Source: Verrucomicrobiia bacterium
Lineage (GTDB): Bacteria; Verrucomicrobiota; Verrucomicrobiia; Limisphaerales; UBA11358
DNA: 64,000 nucleotides
Assembly: GCA_036502245.1 (NCBI GenBank)
Contig: DASXYX010000028.1
Location: forward strand, 96,637 to 160,636
Direction of reading: 5' to 3'
The position numbers and the translations under genes were made by a program. Shown one piece after another: positions 61,979-64,000 of the stretch (positions are counted from its first letter, which is position 1; the number at the start of each line of letters is the position of its first letter). Below the pieces are notes generated by a model. That model was not told where the DNA came from and did not search any database. It saw only the letters and a program-made list of their open reading frames with translations.

Positions 61979-63336
61979 AATTCAATATCGGTCCAGGTGA
62001 TCAAGTCGCCGAGCGCGGGACGGCCATCATGTCGCCATGTCAGTGGCGGATTTTGCATTTGTCCGAGCGGACACACCCGTGTCACGCCCCAGCGCGCCAA
62101 TTGCAGGCCAAGTTTGGAAACGTGTTCCTCCGGCGCGGCGATGCCCACCGTCGAAACTTGCCCGCGAAGGGCATCGGCATTCTCCAATGCCACTTTTAAA
62201 TCAGAGACCGGCTTCACGTAAATAAATCGGTTCAGGCAGGAGAGTTGAAACCGCGCGTCTGCCTCAAACACCACCGTCCATGCCGTTGAATCTTTGCTGC
62301 ACCAGTGCTGCGTGTGTTCCGGCGCATGCGCGGCGCGAACTTCGTAAACTCCGCGACGCGTGGCTATCGCCGCCGATTCCTCCGCTGAAATCTCACCGCG
62401 CGGCTCGTGCGCCTCGCGCCTCTCCAGTTCTTCCGCCAATAATTGTCCGAAATGTTCCGGCGAAATCTCGCCGCCCGATTGCACGTAGATGACGTGCGGC
62501 GAAAGACAGCCCTGCTGGTTCCACGCCACCACATCATCTACTGCCGCGGCAATGATCTTCTTCGCGCGCGCGCCATATAAAACGTCCGCCGCAACATATC
62601 CAAAACTCACGCGATGCCCATAGCCGACAAATCGCGCCTTGAGCGGCACCCGCTTGCGAATGGCGTCCAACGTTTCGTCACTGCCGGTCGCCGTCACACA
62701 ATTGGCCTCGGTGAACAATGCGTTCTCCAGTTCAATGCTCCCTCCACGCCATTCGGCGATTTCCAGGCACGCACCGAGCTTTCGGTCCGCATCATAAATT
62801 GAATGCGCGAATAATCGCGGTAACAGCGAAGTGCCCGTGCCGCATTTCAAAAATTGCGCTGAGCGCGTCAGCAGGCCGAAAACCATGGATGTCAGCGCTG
62901 CATTCGGAATATTCCCGGCGCAAATATGCACGAGAAATTCCGGCGCATTCGCCGTGGCCGAGCGCGATGTTTTCTCCTCCACACCAGTCGCACAAACTTC
63001 GTCCAGCCGTTTCGCATCGCCCAGTTCCTGGATGAGCAGCGATTGAAAATTTTCCCGGGTCAATTGCTTGAAGAAACTATCCAATCCGCGCTCCAGCGTC
63101 GCGCGCGAAAACCCCGTGGCCTTTGCATTCTCCAATGCGAATCTCCGGAACGAAAACTCCGGTTCCAGCCAGTGTTCCGCGACATCGCTCAAGAGTTTCA
63201 CCAAACTTTGCGTCGAACGACCTGCCAGATACTGCTCGCGATTCCGCTTCAACGTTTGGCACGCCTCCACGATCATCGCCGGCGACAACGTGGCCTCCGG
63301 CGGCAGGTCAGCGAGAAAATAGTTGGGTAGATTCAT
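61975..63336 (-). CDS. LuxC-family acyl-CoA reductase
   Basis: 453 aa. ..CAGNIPNAALTSMV.. and catalytic-Cys context ..WNQQGCLSPH.. typical of LuxC-like reductases. Confidence 0.85.
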   Translation of the reverse strand: MNLPNYFLADLPPEATLSPAMIVEACQTLKRNREQYLAGRSTQSLVKLLSDVAEHWLEPEFSFRRFALENAKATGFSRATLERGLDSFFKQLTRENFQSLLIQELGDAKRLDEVCATGVEEKTSRSATANAPEFLVHICAGNIPNAALTSMVFGLLTRSAQFLKCGTGTSLLPRLFAHSIYDADRKLGACLEIAEWRGGSIELENALFTEANCVTATGSDETLDAIRKRVPLKARFVGYGHRVSFGYVAADVLYGARAKKIIAAAVDDVVAWNQQGCLSPHVIYVQSGGEISPEHFGQLLAEELERREAHEPRGEISAEESAAIATRRGVYEVRAAHAPEHTQHWCSKDSTAWTVVFEADARFQLSCLNRFIYVKPVSDLKVALENADALRGQVSTVGIAAPEEHVSKLGLQLARWGVTRVCPLGQMQNPPLTWRHDGRPALGDLITWTDIEL

Positions 63337-63340
63337 AGCA

Positions 63341-64000
63341 TCATGCGGTCATCAATGAACAACCGCGCGCCTCGGCCAGTTTCGCCCGGCCAATCAGTTC
63401 AAATCCGTCGCCACGACGAATAGCCAAATCCTCCGTCTGTATTGCCGCCACGGAAAACACATTCGCCAGATCAAAAATCCGTATCAGTCCAGTCTCACCT
63501 TCCGCAACCTCTCTCCCCGTCTCTGGCGATATGATTTGCACCCGTGCCCAGGCTGGGAAATGAAATATCCTCGGCTGATGAGAAGACGCTCCTTTTCCAT
63601 GAGCCGGCTGCATGCTTCCGCGAGGTTGTGGAGTGCGCCAGTCCTCTGGCGCTTTTAGAGTACCTGTCATGTTTGAAAGCGGTCCCGATTTATCGGGACC
63701 GCACTCCAAGACGCTATCGCGATGGTTGGAGGTTTTTTCCAAATTGGAATCGTATGCCTGCGAACTCAGTTCGCTCATACCGTACTCGCAAATAATATCC
63801 TCTGCCGGGACGCCAAGATATTCGGTAATCAACGCATGCAACTCCGTTTTCGGCATCGTTCGCGACCGGTTCTTATATCCGCCCGTCTCCATCACTCGCG
63901 AGCCATTCGACAATTGCAACCGAAGGTCTTTCTCCGCCAGATAATCAACCAGGTGAACGAACGAAAATGCCGTCCCGACGAGCAGAAAGGCTCTGGGGTC
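63341..64000 (-). CDS. LuxE-family acyl-protein synthetase/adenylating enzyme (5' end outside the window)
   Basis: The frame stays open to the window edge (..PRAFLLVGTAFSFVHLVDYLAEK..). METGGYK, EYGMSELSSQAY and C-terminal ..GFELIGRAKLAEARGCS motifs. Carries an extra ~55-aa segment (see findings). Confidence 0.85.
   Translation of the reverse strand, partial: DPRAFLLVGTAFSFVHLVDYLAEKDLRLQLSNGSRVMETGGYKNRSRTMPKTELHALITEYLGVPAEDIICEYGMSELSSQAYDSNLEKTSNHRDSVLECGPDKSGPLSNMTGTLKAPEDWRTPQPRGSMQPAHGKGASSHQPRIFHFPAWARVQIISPETGREVAEGETGLIRIFDLANVFSVAAIQTEDLAIRRGDGFELIGRAKLAEARGCSLMTA
63629..63708. repeat. Palindromic REP-like element inside the luxE-like coding sequence
   Basis: Outer stem TGGAGTGCG / CGCACTCCA. 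Inner hairpins GCGCCAG-TCCT-CTGGCGC and GGTCCCGAT-TT-ATCGGGACC. Confidence 0.6.

Overview
Gene-dense 64-kb chromosomal window with about 60 credible CDS and 1 tRNA. I found no rRNA, CRISPR array, integrase or prophage. The gene content and the very heavy load of short palindromic intergenic repeats suggest a Verrucomicrobiota/PVC-type polysaccharide-degrading heterotroph (inference only). Main blocks: (1) 450-10933: xylan/xyloside utilisation operon (GH3, GPH symporter, lipoprotein GH10 xylanase, xylA-like, xylB, malectin-GH3). (2) 10.9-24.7 kb: housekeeping genes (Bcr-type MFS pump, GT21-like glycosyltransferase, tRNA-Val, manC, trpA, aroC). These are interspersed with two near-identical RAYT (REP-associated tyrosine transposase) genes, a third divergent RAYT, clustered REP hairpins, one REP split by a 149-bp foldback insertion, and a 180-bp MITE-like element. 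(3) Glycogen-type genes (DUF4912, small TM protein, GH57 branching enzyme; GH15 further on), an orphan response regulator and HipBA. (4) GH42 beta-galactosidase. (5) 35.5-44.9 kb: a MoxR/DUF58/BatA-E aerotolerance-type operon, interrupted by an antisense ParE/antitoxin cassette bracketed by 95-bp direct repeats of the DUF58 5' end. (6) sucA-BON-sucB. (7) 53.1-59.3 kb: Cu/Ag-type efflux cluster (Cys-rich exported peptide, HMBD protein, short HMBD adaptor, CusA-like RND pump, translationally coupled Cys-rich permease), with no OMF or regulator in the window. (8) An ABC1/UbiB-like kinase and a queD-luxC-luxE-like cluster whose luxE homologue carries an in-frame palindromic-repeat insertion. Three type II TA loci of different families are present. 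I did not find a convincing large novel multi-gene system. The most unusual items are the repeat-bracketed TA cassette, the footprints of small non-autonomous element insertions, and the atypical metal-efflux cluster. All family assignments come from reading motifs by eye; no searches were run.
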